NCBI GenBank assembly: GCA_030770535.1
Contig: JASVEC010000010.1
Location: forward strand, 558,001 to 622,000
Origin: Batkoa obscura
Taxonomy: Eukaryota
Length of the DNA: 64,000 nucleotides
Direction of reading: 5' to 3'
This document shows positions 1 through 12,444 of this stretch, in pieces (positions within the stretch are counted from its first letter, which is position 1; each line of letters starts with the position of its first letter). The position numbers and the translations under genes were made by a program. The notes under the pieces were generated by a model, which was not told the DNA's origin, made no database searches, and saw nothing but the letters and a program-made list of their open reading frames with translations.

Positions 1-863
1 AGAAAAAAACCTTAAAAATAGAAATATACGTTAGTTATCTATAATTAGTTTAAAACCTAATCTATTTTAACTTCAAATAGACTATATAATTGATCTATTA
101 CAAAGCCACTTTTATTGAAATATTCAAATAGATTAACTTCATTTATGTGCGGAAAAGCCTGATAATCTTAAAGAAGAACTGGTTGTATTTTTAAATCTAT
201 AAATTATCTTTTCCTTAAAAATTAATCCAAACAATTGGTGCATCGAAAAGAAAACTATGCCATTGTTGATTATTAAGGTACAACAAAGTTACTATCAGTA
301 ATTTGATTTCAACATCGATTGGGCATTTTCAAGTTCGTAGTCCTTAAGTTTATCCATAAGGATATTTTCTATTTTTATATTGAATAAATACGAAATTAGA
401 ATGCCCAACTTCATGTTTAAAAAAATTGATAATATATTATCCACGAATTAAATTACTACCTTCTATCTATCGTCAAATTAAAATGGGTTTACTTTTTAAA
501 ACAATATTTGATTAGTGGAAATAATTTTCTACCGGTTCGATAAATCAGCTGTTGTTTTCTTAAATAGTTCAAGTTCTAGATATAGTACTAAGTCTTTTAA
601 CTTGGGAACCATTATTTTTCAAAAAGCCAGTGAAATTGGCTTACCAAGTTAACTCATGAATTTTCTAATAATTTTCGAATGATAATTAGCCAATAAGATA
701 AACTTTTGAATAGAAATTGGAACTTTATTCTTAAATATTGTACCAATATTATCATTTGTAACTAATCATAATATTTGATTGTTAAAAATAAAAACATAAT
801 TTTTTATTTTGTTAATTTTTATTTCAATTACTTTTTTATCCTTTTTTTATTATTAAAAATATT

Positions 864-2507
864 ATGAGTACTTATATGTCCAGCAAAAACGAAAATTTAG
901 ATCCATTACCAAGTAATGAAGATAATAATGATTCCGATTATCGAAACGGAAGACGATCCAGAGCGAGTCGGGAACAAGTAGCTATCTTAGAAGAATCATT
1001 TAAAAGTAATAATCAACCTAGTGCTAAAGCACGCGAATTATTAGCTAAAAAATTAAATATGCCAGAACGCACGGTTCAAATTTGGTTTCAAAATCGACGA
1101 GCAAAAATCAAATTAGGTCAACGTAAACATCATTTAGCTTTAAAAGAAGAAGCTTTACGTCAACATTGTTTAGCTGCCTATTCAGGTAGACCTTCTGTTT
1201 TACCTCCTCAATTAGTTAGACCTGGTTTAACTCCAGATTTACAAGCAGTTAGTGCTTTCCCTAATGCTTCCTCCCCAATGGTTAACAATGCCAACTTTTC
1301 CCCTTATCCAGCTAGTTCCCCTTTCTTCACCAATCAACCTACTTTCAATGGTAATTATTCATCAAATTTCTCTACCCCTGTTGTTAATACTATACCCGTA
1401 TTCGAAGATAATAGTCAATTTAATAATAGTAATAATACCAATGAAACGAGCAACACATTAAATAAAAATAATAATATTTTTCAATGTTCTATATTGACTA
1501 TAGGTACATGGCGAAGAATGCCCTTAGGTAATGATGAATTGGTATGTAGTTATAGTATTGAAACAAATCAAATGGCATGGGTGATTGGGGATAAAATGGC
1601 TAAATTTCGTATTTGTTTCCCATTTTCTTCGATTAAAAATATGACGTTAGCATTTATTGATGCTATCTATGCTGAATTAAGTATTGAGATTAATGGACCA
1701 CCTTCGTTTTCAACACTTAATAAAGATAAGGTTTGGTCGCCCTGTGGTGATTTTACGGAAAATCATCAAGCTAGCGTTAATCATAAACATGTGATTACTG
1801 GTGATGCTCAAAGTTTAAGAGTTCAATTATTAAAGTTATTAGAATTATCTTCTAGATTACAAAACATTACTGAAATCAAACAAACAGGACCAAGTAATAA
1901 TAATAGTAATACAAATAATCCAGGTAATTTAGCCCATAATATAACTAATAATAATCATCCTTATCAAACACCTACTCAAGAGAAAGTAATTCAATTTCCA
2001 AGTAATACAATGTCAACAATGGATTCATTTAATCAGCATACACCTAATCCGAATCCATTTGCTTATTCTACTTTTGAAGAAAAACCGATTAATGATTTAA
2101 ATTATTTACAAAGTTTACATCAAGCACAACAATTAGCATTATCTGCTCATGCTACACCTATATTAGACCAAAATGCTTGCTTTTCACCACATACTCATAC
2201 TACTCCTCATTTTGGTATGAATAATTTTCAATATAATGAATTTGATCCAAGTAATTTAAACCCATTTAATACTAATCAACATCAACAATTAAATGGAACT
2301 AATTCAATTCATCCTAATTTTGAATATAATAATTTTAATCATCCATTTGCAATGAGTGGGGATAATAATAATAATGAAAACAATATAAATAATAATGAAC
2401 AATTTGGTCAACAAAATGAAGAGAAAGAAATGAATGCTGATAAAAATAATAATAATATTAATCAATTGATTAATCAGCAATTGTCCTCTCCTAAAGGGGA
2501 AAATTAA
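864..2507 (+). CDS. Fungal homeodomain transcription factor, Pho2/Hoy1/Phx1-like
   Basis: Intronless 547-aa ORF. Homeodomain RRSRASREQVAILEESF...VQIWFQNRRAK (Q50). Second conserved block CSILTIGTWRR...FRICFPFSSI is typical of this fungal family. Asn/Gln-rich tail. Confidence 0.9.
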   Translation: MSTYMSSKNENLDPLPSNEDNNDSDYRNGRRSRASREQVAILEESFKSNNQPSAKARELLAKKLNMPERTVQIWFQNRRAKIKLGQRKHHLALKEEALRQHCLAAYSGRPSVLPPQLVRPGLTPDLQAVSAFPNASSPMVNNANFSPYPASSPFFTNQPTFNGNYSSNFSTPVVNTIPVFEDNSQFNNSNNTNETSNTLNKNNNIFQCSILTIGTWRRMPLGNDELVCSYSIETNQMAWVIGDKMAKFRICFPFSSIKNMTLAFIDAIYAELSIEINGPPSFSTLNKDKVWSPCGDFTENHQASVNHKHVITGDAQSLRVQLLKLLELSSRLQNITEIKQTGPSNNNSNTNNPGNLAHNITNNNHPYQTPTQEKVIQFPSNTMSTMDSFNQHTPNPNPFAYSTFEEKPINDLNYLQSLHQAQQLALSAHATPILDQNACFSPHTHTTPHFGMNNFQYNEFDPSNLNPFNTNQHQQLNGTNSIHPNFEYNNFNHPFAMSGDNNNNENNINNNEQFGQQNEEKEMNADKNNNNINQLINQQLSSPKGEN

Positions 2508-2968
2508 TTCAATTTAATTATACTCTTCTTTTTTAGCTGTATAAAAAATCACTTGATTCATTTCTTTCATCCCCCTTCATTTCTTTTATTTGATATATTT
2601 TTGTTACTTTATCATTTCCTCATTGATATTAGCTTGCCTATATTACTATTACCTTCCATCCACTTTGTTTTTTTTAAATAAAATATAAACATTTGATTTT
2701 GTTTTTTATTATTTTTATTAATATGTTCTTTAATTAAGTTGTTAATAATATTAAAAAAACAAAAATAAACTTATAATGTTACTTTATTATTCTTTTAATT
2801 TATTGTTTTTTAGTATTGTTTTTAAATAGAAATCATGTCTATTAACTTAATCAAAATCAATAAATGTTAAATATTGACTAATTTTAGTTATTTAATTAAT
2901 TAATATAGTTTAATCGAAATTTAATATACACATGAAATCAATTGTAAATTAAAATGTATAATAAGGAC

Positions 2969-3085
2969 TAATAATAAATAATAAATAATAAATAATAATA
3001 ACAAATAATAACAATACTAATTGCTAATAATAGTTGCTAATAATAATAATAACAATAATAACAATAATAACAATTTAATAATAAT
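2969..3085. repeat. Imperfect (AAT/AAC)n low-complexity tract
   Basis: Runs of ataata/acaata in the intergenic region. Confidence 0.7.
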
Positions 3086-3230
3086 TAATCCAATTACTTA
3101 AACGATTGAAATTTGATGTAAATGGAATTTTCAGATTCATAACTGGAACTTAACTTTAATTTAAAAGTTCATCTTTTAAAATATTTGAAATATATTATTT
3201 TTAAAATAATATTAACAATAAACTAGACTT

Positions 3231-4998
3231 ATGGAGGTAACTTAATTATTAAATAATTTAATGATATCAATTCTTTTCTTTTCACCTTTTCATTAATAGA
3301 AAAAAATATTGAATATAAAATTTATTCATCCAGACTTAGGGATTGGAGGTGCTGAACGATTAATCATCGATGCTGCTTCTGGTCTTCGAAACCTTGGTCA
3401 TAATATCATTGTTTATACTTCTCATTATGATCCTAATCATTGTTTTGAAGAAACATTAGATGGTCGAGTTGATGTTAAAGTAGCAGGAAATAGTATAATA
3501 CCTAATTCCATCTTCAATAATAAATTTAAAGTATTTTGTGCTTGGTTAAGAAGTTTTCATTTAGTTAGTAACTTGATTGTAAACAAAGTGAAAGCGGATG
3601 TAATAATAGTGGATCAAGTATCAGCAGCTATCCCATTATTAAAAGTTATGGGTTATAAAGTAAATTTCATTTTATTAAATTCTTTTTTTTATTTTTATTT
3701 TTAGGTATTGTTTTATTGTCATTATCCTGATAAATTATTAACAGGAAGAGAAACTTTATTAAAAGCAATTTATAGATATCCGATTGATAAGTTAGAAGAG
3801 TGGACAACAGGTAATTTATTTCCATATGATTTTATTCAATATACTAATATTCAATTAATATAATATTATATAATTCTATTTTCATTTTTGATTAAATTAG
3901 CCCAAGCTGATAAAATTTTAGTGAATAGTAATTTTACATTAGGAGTATTTAAAAAAGCATTTCCAAGTATTCAACAAGTACCTGAAGTATTATATCCTGG
4001 TATTCAAACTGCTAACTATAAGTTAGGGGTAGATGAAGAAGTATTAAATGATGAAAGTGTAATTCCTATTTTAAGGTAATCCCATTTATACTTGTATTTC
4101 TATTTCTATTTCTATTTATAATTATTATTAGTAATATAATATAATGTTTTATTTTATTTTATTTTATTTATATTATATATATTTTAGTAAAGATAAATTA
4201 TTAATAACGTCTATTAATCGATTTGAACGTAAAAAAAATATTGGTTTAGCTATTAAAGCATTTGCTGAAATTATTAATGATAAGAATAAAAAAAAGAAAT
4301 ACATTAATAAATTGAGATTAATAATAGCAGGTAATTCTAATTTATTGTATTATTTAATAGAATAGCAATTAATATATATTATTTATAATATTATAGGTGG
4401 TTATGATATTGAAAATTTAGAAAATATTGAACATTTAAAAGAATTAATTAATTTAACTCAAGAATTGAATTTATCCTACCAGGTTTATTTTAATAGTATA
4501 ATAGATAACACTCTTATTCAAGGCACTACTCAAGTGTTATTTTTACCTTCTTTTAATGAAAAACAACGACGCTATTTACTTAATAATTCCCTATGTTTAA
4601 TTTATACTCCCACTGGAGAACACTTTGGGATTGTTCCAATAGAAGCTATGTATTGTAAATTACCAGTAATAGCAGTAAACTCAGGTGGACCTAAAGAAAC
4701 GATCAATCATAATGAAACAGGATATTTAACTTTTCCATCACCAAAAGAGTTTTCTAATTGTATTAGAAAATTCGTTAACAATCCCAATTTAGCTAAAGAA
4801 TTAGGAATCAATGGCAATTTAAGAGTATTACAGAAGTTTACATCAGAAAAATTCGATAGTAAATTGGAACATATTTTAATCAAATTAGTTAATGAAAAGG
4901 GAAAACAAAGAAACTTGTTTCAAATAATAACTGTTTGGGCTTATTCATTGTTGTTTTTGATACTTTTTTTACCTTTTGTTTATTTAGGTTGGGTTTAA
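3231..4998 (+). CDS. ALG2: Alpha-1,3/1,6-mannosyltransferase (GT4), about 6 exons
   Basis: Motifs FIHPDLGIGGAER, FYCHYPDKLL, SINRFERKKN, EHFGIVPIEAM. Approximate exons 3231-3236 (ATGGAG|GTAAC), 3300-3659, 3705-3810, 3901-4075, 4188-4330, 4397-4998. C-terminal TM. Confidence 0.93.
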
Positions 4999-5066
4999 AT
5001 AAAAAGAATATACTATTAATTTCCTAGTGAATAAAATTAAGTTTTTATTGAGTTTTCAAGTTAACT

Positions 5067-5154
5067 GGGAGTATTTTTTTTTAAAAAATTTTACTGACAA
5101 CCCTCAAATGGCGTCTAAAAATGGAAAAAGTGATGAAATCAAAAAAACATCCTC
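5067..5154 (+). mobile_element. ~98-bp MITE family copy (degenerate)
   Basis: GGGAGTATTTTT...ATGGAAAAAGTGATGAAATCAAAAAAACATCCTC followed by ATAT. Confidence 0.75.
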
Positions 5155-5361
5155 ATATTATTATAACTCAAGTATATAAGTAATATATTAATAAATTTTA
5201 TTATATTAATACTAAAATCACTCGATCATAATAAATTAATTGAAAACATTTATAATAAAATGAAATCCTTAATACTATTTGTTTGCTTTTTAAAAATAAT
5301 ATTAAAAAAACACCATTTTCATTTGTTGAATTATTTTTATTAATCAATTATAATCAATAAT

Positions 5362-5637
5362 TTATTCTGGTCCTGTTTTACCATCTTGATGTTTAGCTTC
5401 TTTTTCAGCAGCAATTTGAATATCTCTATCTCTTTCATCTTCACCTACTATTTTTTCTTTTAAATGTTTTAATCCTTGTTTAATTCCAGATAAAGCTCCT
5501 TCTTTTTCTTCATGAGAATGAGAATGAGTATGGGTATGGGGATTATTACCAGTGACAGCAGCAGTACCAGTAGTTACATTATTATGAGGATTGATAGCAG
5601 CGTTATTAATCGTAGTACTTGTTTTATGTGGTTCCAT
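5362..5637 (-). CDS. Small hydrophilic His/Thr-rich protein (hydrophilin/LEA-like)
   Basis: 91-aa ORF with good ATG context (TAAATAAAATG), AT-rich synonymous codons, HTHTHSHSH tract and amphipathic GIKQGLKHLKEKIVG. Confidence 0.65.
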   Translation of the reverse strand: MEPHKTSTTINNAAINPHNNVTTGTAAVTGNNPHTHTHSHSHEEKEGALSGIKQGLKHLKEKIVGEDERDRDIQIAAEKEAKHQDGKTGPE

Positions 5638-6048
5638 TTTATTTATAAACTAAAAAATCAACTTACCTTTTTTTTGCTTTTATATCATATAACTTGAATA
5701 TTTTGATCATGGTGATGTCATTACTTGAAAGGAAATAAATAATTAAAATGGGGTTAAATAAATGTTTTAATATAAACTTCAAACTAAAATTATTTAACAA
5801 ATTTAATAAATTTAATAAATTTAATAAATGATATTATTATGAATAACTTAATAAAAATTATACTAAGTTAAATATTTTAGTCCTAATCGATGTATTTTAT
5901 TTATTATTGTGAATATAGTATAGTGTCTTTAATAAGAATTTCAAGCTCGAAACACAGTCACAAATTATTTGTTTGAATATTGAATATTTTTATTTTTAAT
6001 ATTTGATAATAGCTTTAAAATAAGTCTTTATCAATTCATTACATGGGC

Positions 6049-7082
6049 GGGGATGTCCGAATTGATTCCAGGATTTAAATTTATAAGCCCTTAAATGTAC
6101 GATTAGTTAAATTTGAAAAGCTTAAAGTTAAATCAAAATTTTAAGAGATTTATTTGAATTGTTTTATATTTATTAAATGTTTGATAAATACATAGTTATT
6201 TGGCTTTAATTTTTATTATAAACAAAATTTTAAATATAATTTCTAAAAACTTTAATACAATAAGGAAAAACACACTATATAAACATTGTAACTCATTTAT
6301 ATTAATTTTAATAACTTTATAATAATCCAGAGTTTATAGAATTTTATTATTATAATAATGAAGAGCTTAAGCAACATAAAAAACCAGTGTTTTAAAGAAA
6401 GCAGGAAATAAAAAACAATAAGTAACATTACTATCAACTATAGCTTCAGTATGTTCTTCTGGTACATATAAAAGTTTTAGATCCAATATAACATAAACAA
6501 AAATCAATATGACTATTTAAAAATACAAAATATTATATAATATTTACTTGATAATTTAATAATTTAATACTTAAAAAGTTTATAAAAATTGATATATAAG
6601 TAGATATAAAAAATCATTCTGGATTTCAAGAGTTTTTGTACTGTACATTTCAAAAAATTTATAAGTGTGAAATATCGCTTTGTCAGTCTCATGGTTAATT
6701 ATAGCATAATAATCGCCTAAGCTGTTGTATTCTCGAGTTCAGAGAAAACCAATCCCACATTCTTAGTTTGATTTGCTATGAGAATTTCTAGCTTCATTCC
6801 AAAGAAGCTTATCTTCTCATTTTGATATTTCTACTTTTTAATATTTAGTTAATATTTTTATAAATTAATATTAAATAATTGGTTATATTTAAATAATAGC
6901 ATTATTATATATCTAAACATTTTGAGAGAAATAAAATAACTAAAATAAATCTTCTAAATTAAATTCTATTATTTGATTTGAAGCTTTTTAAAATTAACTA
7001 TATATTAAGGACTTGTAAATTTAAAAACTTAAAATTTGGATTAATTCTTAACTAAATTCTGAAACCAATTTGAACATTCCTC
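6049..7082 (+). mobile_element. Decayed, internally deleted relative of the Sola2-like transposon at 23798-26252
   Basis: Terminus GGGGATGTCCGAATTGATTCCAGG at 6049. Stop-riddled + strand transposase remnants NFNTIRKNTLYKHCNSF (~6248), AGNKKQ*VTLLSTIASV (~6400) and LKKFIKIDI*VDIKNHSGFQEFLYCTFQKIYK (6570-6665) align to the intact transposase. An inverted element end GGATTAATT...CTGAAACCAATTTGAACATTCCTC-ATAT ends at 7082. Confidence 0.85.
6666..6832 (-). mobile_element. LTR fragment of the TGTGAAAT...ATTTCACA family, inserted in the transposon relic
   Basis: Starts TGTGAAATATCGCTTTGTCAG. Its reverse complement aligns over about 165 bp with 40741-40904. Confidence 0.8.
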
Positions 7083-7942
7083 ATATACTAATAAAGCTAT
7101 ATTATCTAGATATTAATTGACAGAAAATATATTTAGATATAAATATACTCATTGTTAAAATCCAATCAACTGTTATCTTTTTAATTGAGTATCTAGAAAT
7201 TAGATATTATTCTCTAAAGATTAATATTGTTTTGAATTAGACTTAAAAAAAGACTAAATGAGGTTTGCTTGTATTATTTTAATAACATAAAATAAAACCT
7301 AATTTTGTGTAACACCTTTATTTAATTATTAACTTAAATTTAGACTTTGGGATTCTAGATTTATTAGATGCTTACTTAATCTAATTGAATATCTTAAGCT
7401 TAATATTATTTGATAGATGATTCAAATGGAACTTAATTAATACTTAATAATCAAGTCCAAATCAATAGAATATTTGAAATTCGCTTCTATTTAAGTTAAA
7501 GAAGGTAGTAAAAAGAAGGTAGTATAAACTTTCAATTCAAAATTGAGATATCAACAACATGGAATAGATACAGTTTACATTAAAGTCAAAGAGAATAGCA
7601 TAATAAATACCTAGGGCTTATCAAATAAACGTATATTAATATACCATAATTCATTAAATTTTAGATATTGTAAATGATTTATTATATTAAAAAAATTGTT
7701 TTTACTTAAATTGTATATTCAGTAACCAATTTTTGAGGGATGTAAAAAATTGTGTATAATCTTCAAATTATTTGACAAATCTTAAAAATAATGTACAGTT
7801 ACAATAACTTTGGTGGTTTTTGATAATGTGAGCATATCAACAAATATACCATAAACTCATAAAGAATCAGAATACATGACTACATAAATATCAAATAGAA
7901 TATATCAACAAGTTTATTTAAAAACAAATCTTATCAATTTTT

Positions 7943-7974
7943 ATTACTAGATTACTAGATTACTAGATTACTAG
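7943..7974. repeat. Tandem octamer (ATTACTAG)x4
   Basis: Read directly. Confidence 0.95.
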
Positions 7975-8967
7975 AAAACTAGTATAACAGAAGGGATAAG
8001 TTGACTCTAATAAAGTCAAAAGGCTTTCTTTTTGTATATTAATATGCAAAATTTTAATTAAGCATAAAAGTGAGGGAGTGAAAAGGAAAATTGATGAAGC
8101 AATTATTATAAAAAAGAACATCGAAGTGAAGTAAACATTAGCTTCCCTTTAAAATGATTGTTTGTTACTCAATATAGAATATGTCTTATTAAACTAAAGT
8201 ATTATTTCCTGAGAAAGAAATGAAATTAACTCAAATGATATTAAAGTGATTTGATAACTGATAACACACAACAACTTTGAAAATAAGTTTTTGAATATTT
8301 TAAATCACGTTGTTGACTGGAGAGGATTTGGAACTCAATCTAAAAATAAAAACCATAAAACTTAACAAATCATAAAAGTTGACATTTGTTGTTGACTTAG
8401 AATTTAATAAGAAAAAAATTAAATTGTGTTCTTTATATGCAAGTTGAAAAACTAAATGTATAAAAAGGAGCGGTAATTATCAATTGAATTCGAATGAACA
8501 TAATAAAGTAAAAACATAAACTATGAAACATAAAACAAGATGGTAGTTCTATTACTTTTAATATAATAAAGTAGACAATAAAGAGGGCTATTGTTTTTAT
8601 TTATTTACTATTTTAATATCATTTTAATACAGAATAATAGTCATAAACTATACTTTTAATTTCTTTTTAAAGGATTATTAACTTTAAGCTGAAATAATAT
8701 TTTTAGTAATTCCTCGCTTTTATTAACTTAGTATGCATTTTACTAAATATAAATTAAAGGGGATAAAAAATTAGATCAAATGATTTTTGCTTAAAATGTA
8801 ATAATGCCATTCAATAAAGTTTACTTAATATCAACAAAATAAAAATGTAAAAGTATAAAAGCTATCAATTTGACTTTAAAACAAACCAAGTTATTATACT
8901 TAATCTTTAGGGGAGGACTTTCAGTTTCTTATATCAACTTAATTTTATTAGTATTTCTTTAATCATT

Positions 8968-11283
8968 ATGCTTTTCTCTATCGTTCCTTTAGTATTAGCT
9001 AGTGTTGTATTGGGTTCCAGATATCCTAACAATGTAGATTGGGAACATCCTTGCGGACGTGGACATTTTAATGAAGGTTATGACGGTCAAATTGAAAGTT
9101 TGATCTCTAAAATGAATTTACGTGAAAAAATCGGTCAATTATCTCAACTTAATATTGGTATTTTAATTAACAAAACTACACAGGAATTAGATCCTAAACT
9201 TGTGGATTATTATGTTAATGAAATGCAAGTTGGTTCCTTTTTTAATAATCTTGTTGATGGTACTGAAGCTGTACCACCAAGACCAGATAAATGGGTGCGT
9301 GTAATGAATCAATTACAAGATGCTACTCAAAAAAATCGGTTAAAGATTCCTATGCTTTATGGTTTAGATTCTGTCCATGGTGCTCATTACGTTTATGGTG
9401 CTACTATTTTCCCACAACAATTGGGTCAAGCTGCTACTTTTAATCGTACTTTAGTTAAAAAAATTGGTGAAATTACAGCTAAAGATACCAGAGCTGTTGG
9501 TGTCCATTGGAATTTTTCTCCAATTTTAGATATTGCTGTTAACAAACAATGGCCAAGAGTTTATGAAACTTTTGGTGAGGATCCATATGTTGCTGCTGAA
9601 TTAGGTAGAGAAACTATTGTTGGTTATCAAGGTTGTGGTAAAGATTTAGCTCGTCAAGATAAAGTAGCTGCTACTATGAAACATTTTATTGGTTATTCTT
9701 CTACTCGTTCTGGCAAAGATGTAGATGGTGCTTGGATGTCTGAAAGAATTGTCAATGATTATTTTAGACCAAGTTTCCAAGCCGCTGTTGAAGCAGGCAT
9801 TGCTACTACTATGGAATCTTACTCTGATATTGATGGCGATCATTTAGTTAACTCTAAGCAATATTTAGTTGATTTACTTCGTAAAAAAATGAATTTCAAA
9901 GGTGCTTTAGTTACTGATTATCAACAGATTCAGAAATTACATGATCCAATTCATATTGCTTCTTCTCAAGAAGATGCTGTCTATAAAGTAATGAAATTGG
10001 GTACTCTAGATATGTCCATGATTCCAAATGATATTACTTTTATTACTATTTTGGAAGGCTTAATCAAAAAAGGCAGAATCTCAATGAACCTCATTAATAA
10101 CAATGTACGCCGTATGCTCGTTTTGAAGAAAAAGTTAGGATTACTTGGTTCAACTGGTAAGGTAGATGTCAATTCACAATTAGTTAGAAGCATTGGGTCT
10201 AAAGAAGATCGTCAAGTATCCTTAGATGCAGCAAGAGAATCTGTTATTTTATTACATAATAAAAATAATGCTCTTCCACTTAAAAAAGGTCTTAAAGTAT
10301 TAGTAACTGGTCCAACTGCTGATTCCATTAGTTACCAAACTGGTGGATGGACTTTCCAATGGCAAGGAACTAACAAAGATGAATGGTATCAAGGAAACGG
10401 AACTACCATTGTTGAGGGATTGAAGAAATTTGCTAGTGTCACCCATTTGCCTTCCATTGATATCAATGGAAACTGGGTTGGTTCCGGCATCGATGGTGTT
10501 GTACGTGCTGCTAAAGATCATGATGCTATTGTAGTATGTATTGGTGAAGCTAATTATGCTGAATTCTTTGGAAATATCAATGATATGGCCATCCATTACA
10601 TGCAATTAAATATCCTTTATGCTTTAATTGGTAATACTGATAAACCTGTCATTGCTGTAGTAAATCAAGGTAGACCAAGAGTTATCAACTCAAATATTGA
10701 TCAAGCTAGCGGTGTAATCAACAATTTCTTAGCTGGACCATATGCAGGCCAAGCTATTGCTGAAGTTATCTTTGGCGAAACTAATCCATCTGGTAAATTA
10801 CCACTTACTTACTCTAACAAAGTTAATGATAATACTCAAAACTATTATCGTCGTTTTAATGAAGATAACCCAAAAAATTTATGGGATTTTGGTCATGGTT
10901 TATCTTATACTACTTTCTCTTACTCTAACATCACCCTTTCTAAAAACGTTATGACTCCTCAAGATCATATTGTCGTTTCCGTTAAAGTAACTAACTCTGG
11001 AGCTATAGCTGGTAAAGAAACCGTATTAATGTATGTTACTGATGAATACCGTACCATTTCACCTGAAATTAAAAAATTAAGAGGATTTGAAAAGATACAT
11101 TTAAATGCTGGAGAAACTAAAGAAGTTAAATTTGTTATCAATGTTAAAGATCTCGCTTTTGCTGGTTTAGATAACAAATATATTGCTGAAGAAGGTTCTT
11201 TCTATGTTACCATTAAAGATTCAAAAGCTCCATTTGAATTAAAAGTTGGCTATGGTCGTGATACTTTCTATCTTGGAGAATAA
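8968..11283 (+). CDS. Secreted glycoside hydrolase family 3 beta-glucosidase with C-terminal FnIII-like domain
   Basis: Signal peptide. Motifs GLDSVHG, WPRVYETFGEDP, KHFIGY, nucleophile context LVTDY, NPSGKLPLTY, FGHGLSYTTF, LRGFEKI. Intronless. Confidence 0.95.
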   Translation: MLFSIVPLVLASVVLGSRYPNNVDWEHPCGRGHFNEGYDGQIESLISKMNLREKIGQLSQLNIGILINKTTQELDPKLVDYYVNEMQVGSFFNNLVDGTEAVPPRPDKWVRVMNQLQDATQKNRLKIPMLYGLDSVHGAHYVYGATIFPQQLGQAATFNRTLVKKIGEITAKDTRAVGVHWNFSPILDIAVNKQWPRVYETFGEDPYVAAELGRETIVGYQGCGKDLARQDKVAATMKHFIGYSSTRSGKDVDGAWMSERIVNDYFRPSFQAAVEAGIATTMESYSDIDGDHLVNSKQYLVDLLRKKMNFKGALVTDYQQIQKLHDPIHIASSQEDAVYKVMKLGTLDMSMIPNDITFITILEGLIKKGRISMNLINNNVRRMLVLKKKLGLLGSTGKVDVNSQLVRSIGSKEDRQVSLDAARESVILLHNKNNALPLKKGLKVLVTGPTADSISYQTGGWTFQWQGTNKDEWYQGNGTTIVEGLKKFASVTHLPSIDINGNWVGSGIDGVVRAAKDHDAIVVCIGEANYAEFFGNINDMAIHYMQLNILYALIGNTDKPVIAVVNQGRPRVINSNIDQASGVINNFLAGPYAGQAIAEVIFGETNPSGKLPLTYSNKVNDNTQNYYRRFNEDNPKNLWDFGHGLSYTTFSYSNITLSKNVMTPQDHIVVSVKVTNSGAIAGKETVLMYVTDEYRTISPEIKKLRGFEKIHLNAGETKEVKFVINVKDLAFAGLDNKYIAEEGSFYVTIKDSKAPFELKVGYGRDTFYLGE

Positions 11284-12444
11284 GCTCTTGCTTAGCTATT
11301 TTTAAAGTTGGCTTTTGCATTTAGTTAAATAAAAATTAATTTATAAATTTAAAATTTGAATGTTTTTAAAAGTTAAAAGTTAGTTGAAGTAGATGAAATA
11401 TAAAGGTAACATTGCTTTATTAATGGTATATTTTCAACAGTTAATAGGGTACATACCTTCAACTCAATTGCTGTACCTAAAGGTTTACTAACTTTATTGT
11501 GGTTATATTTAGATCATCTCAAATAATCTGATTTTTAGGTAAAAAAGCTAATCGTTGGTTATGATAAATTTTTATCATATAAATATTGCTTTTATATTTT
11601 TATTAATAGATTTGCCCAAATTTTCAGATTATTTTGAAGTGAGCTTTTATTATTAGCTTCAATACTATATTTCAGAATATTGTAAACTGAAGCAACAAAA
11701 GTGGATAATTTTCCATGAGGTAGCGACATTTGAGATAGAAATGAAAATCATACAACAAGGAGCATAGATTACCCTAAGTTGAACTAAGCTTTAAAAGAAT
11801 TTATGCTATTCAAAGAACGGCTTGAGAAGGGCTATTTTCCTTTAGTATTTTAGCTGTCTTTATAGAACCTAAAATTCAAAAAAATCAATACAAATTAAAG
11901 GTATTTTTGTTTCTAAAACCAATTAAATTAGTTAGCTTATATGTTCTAAGTATATTCAATGTGTTGCTATATTAGGTAATAGGTGATATTCAAATTTATT
12001 GCTTTCGTTACCAATATTTATTTCGAATTAATTGACTTTTCTAGCTTTTAAAAAAATGCTGAATTTGTAATTAGACAATATGTTAATAAGAGCTATAATT
12101 TAAATATTAGAGTTAGAGGTTGATATTGATTTTTACTATTGTAGTTAAAAGGTAACTCTACATGATCTTTAAAAGATACTCTTTATGCCAGAAATAGTTT
12201 TACTAAATCGTGTAGCTATTACAATCTTATAATTGTTCTATATGGAATAGGAATTTGCAATATAGCAATGGCAACAAATATGTAACCTTTTAATATATGA
12301 ACAACTAAATATGTTATATAATGGTAATTGAATAAAATAAATAGACACAAGGTATAGTATAAAAAGGAAAGCCAACTTTTATAAGTTTATTATAATTATT
12401 TGTTGACCAAATAACATTACAAACAGTATTTTAACTTTGGCAAA

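Noticed and set aside
6570..6665. Alternative genetic code (in-frame TAA at a conserved Trp or Gln) suggested by the transposase relic
   Set aside because: All intact genes use TAA as a normal stop. These are inactivating transition mutations.
9646..11177. Short antisense or alternative-frame ORFs inside the GH3 gene (likewise those inside medA, the transposase, PPN1, USO1, PPX1 and the secreted paralogs)
   Set aside because: Shadow ORFs of real genes with no independent motifs.
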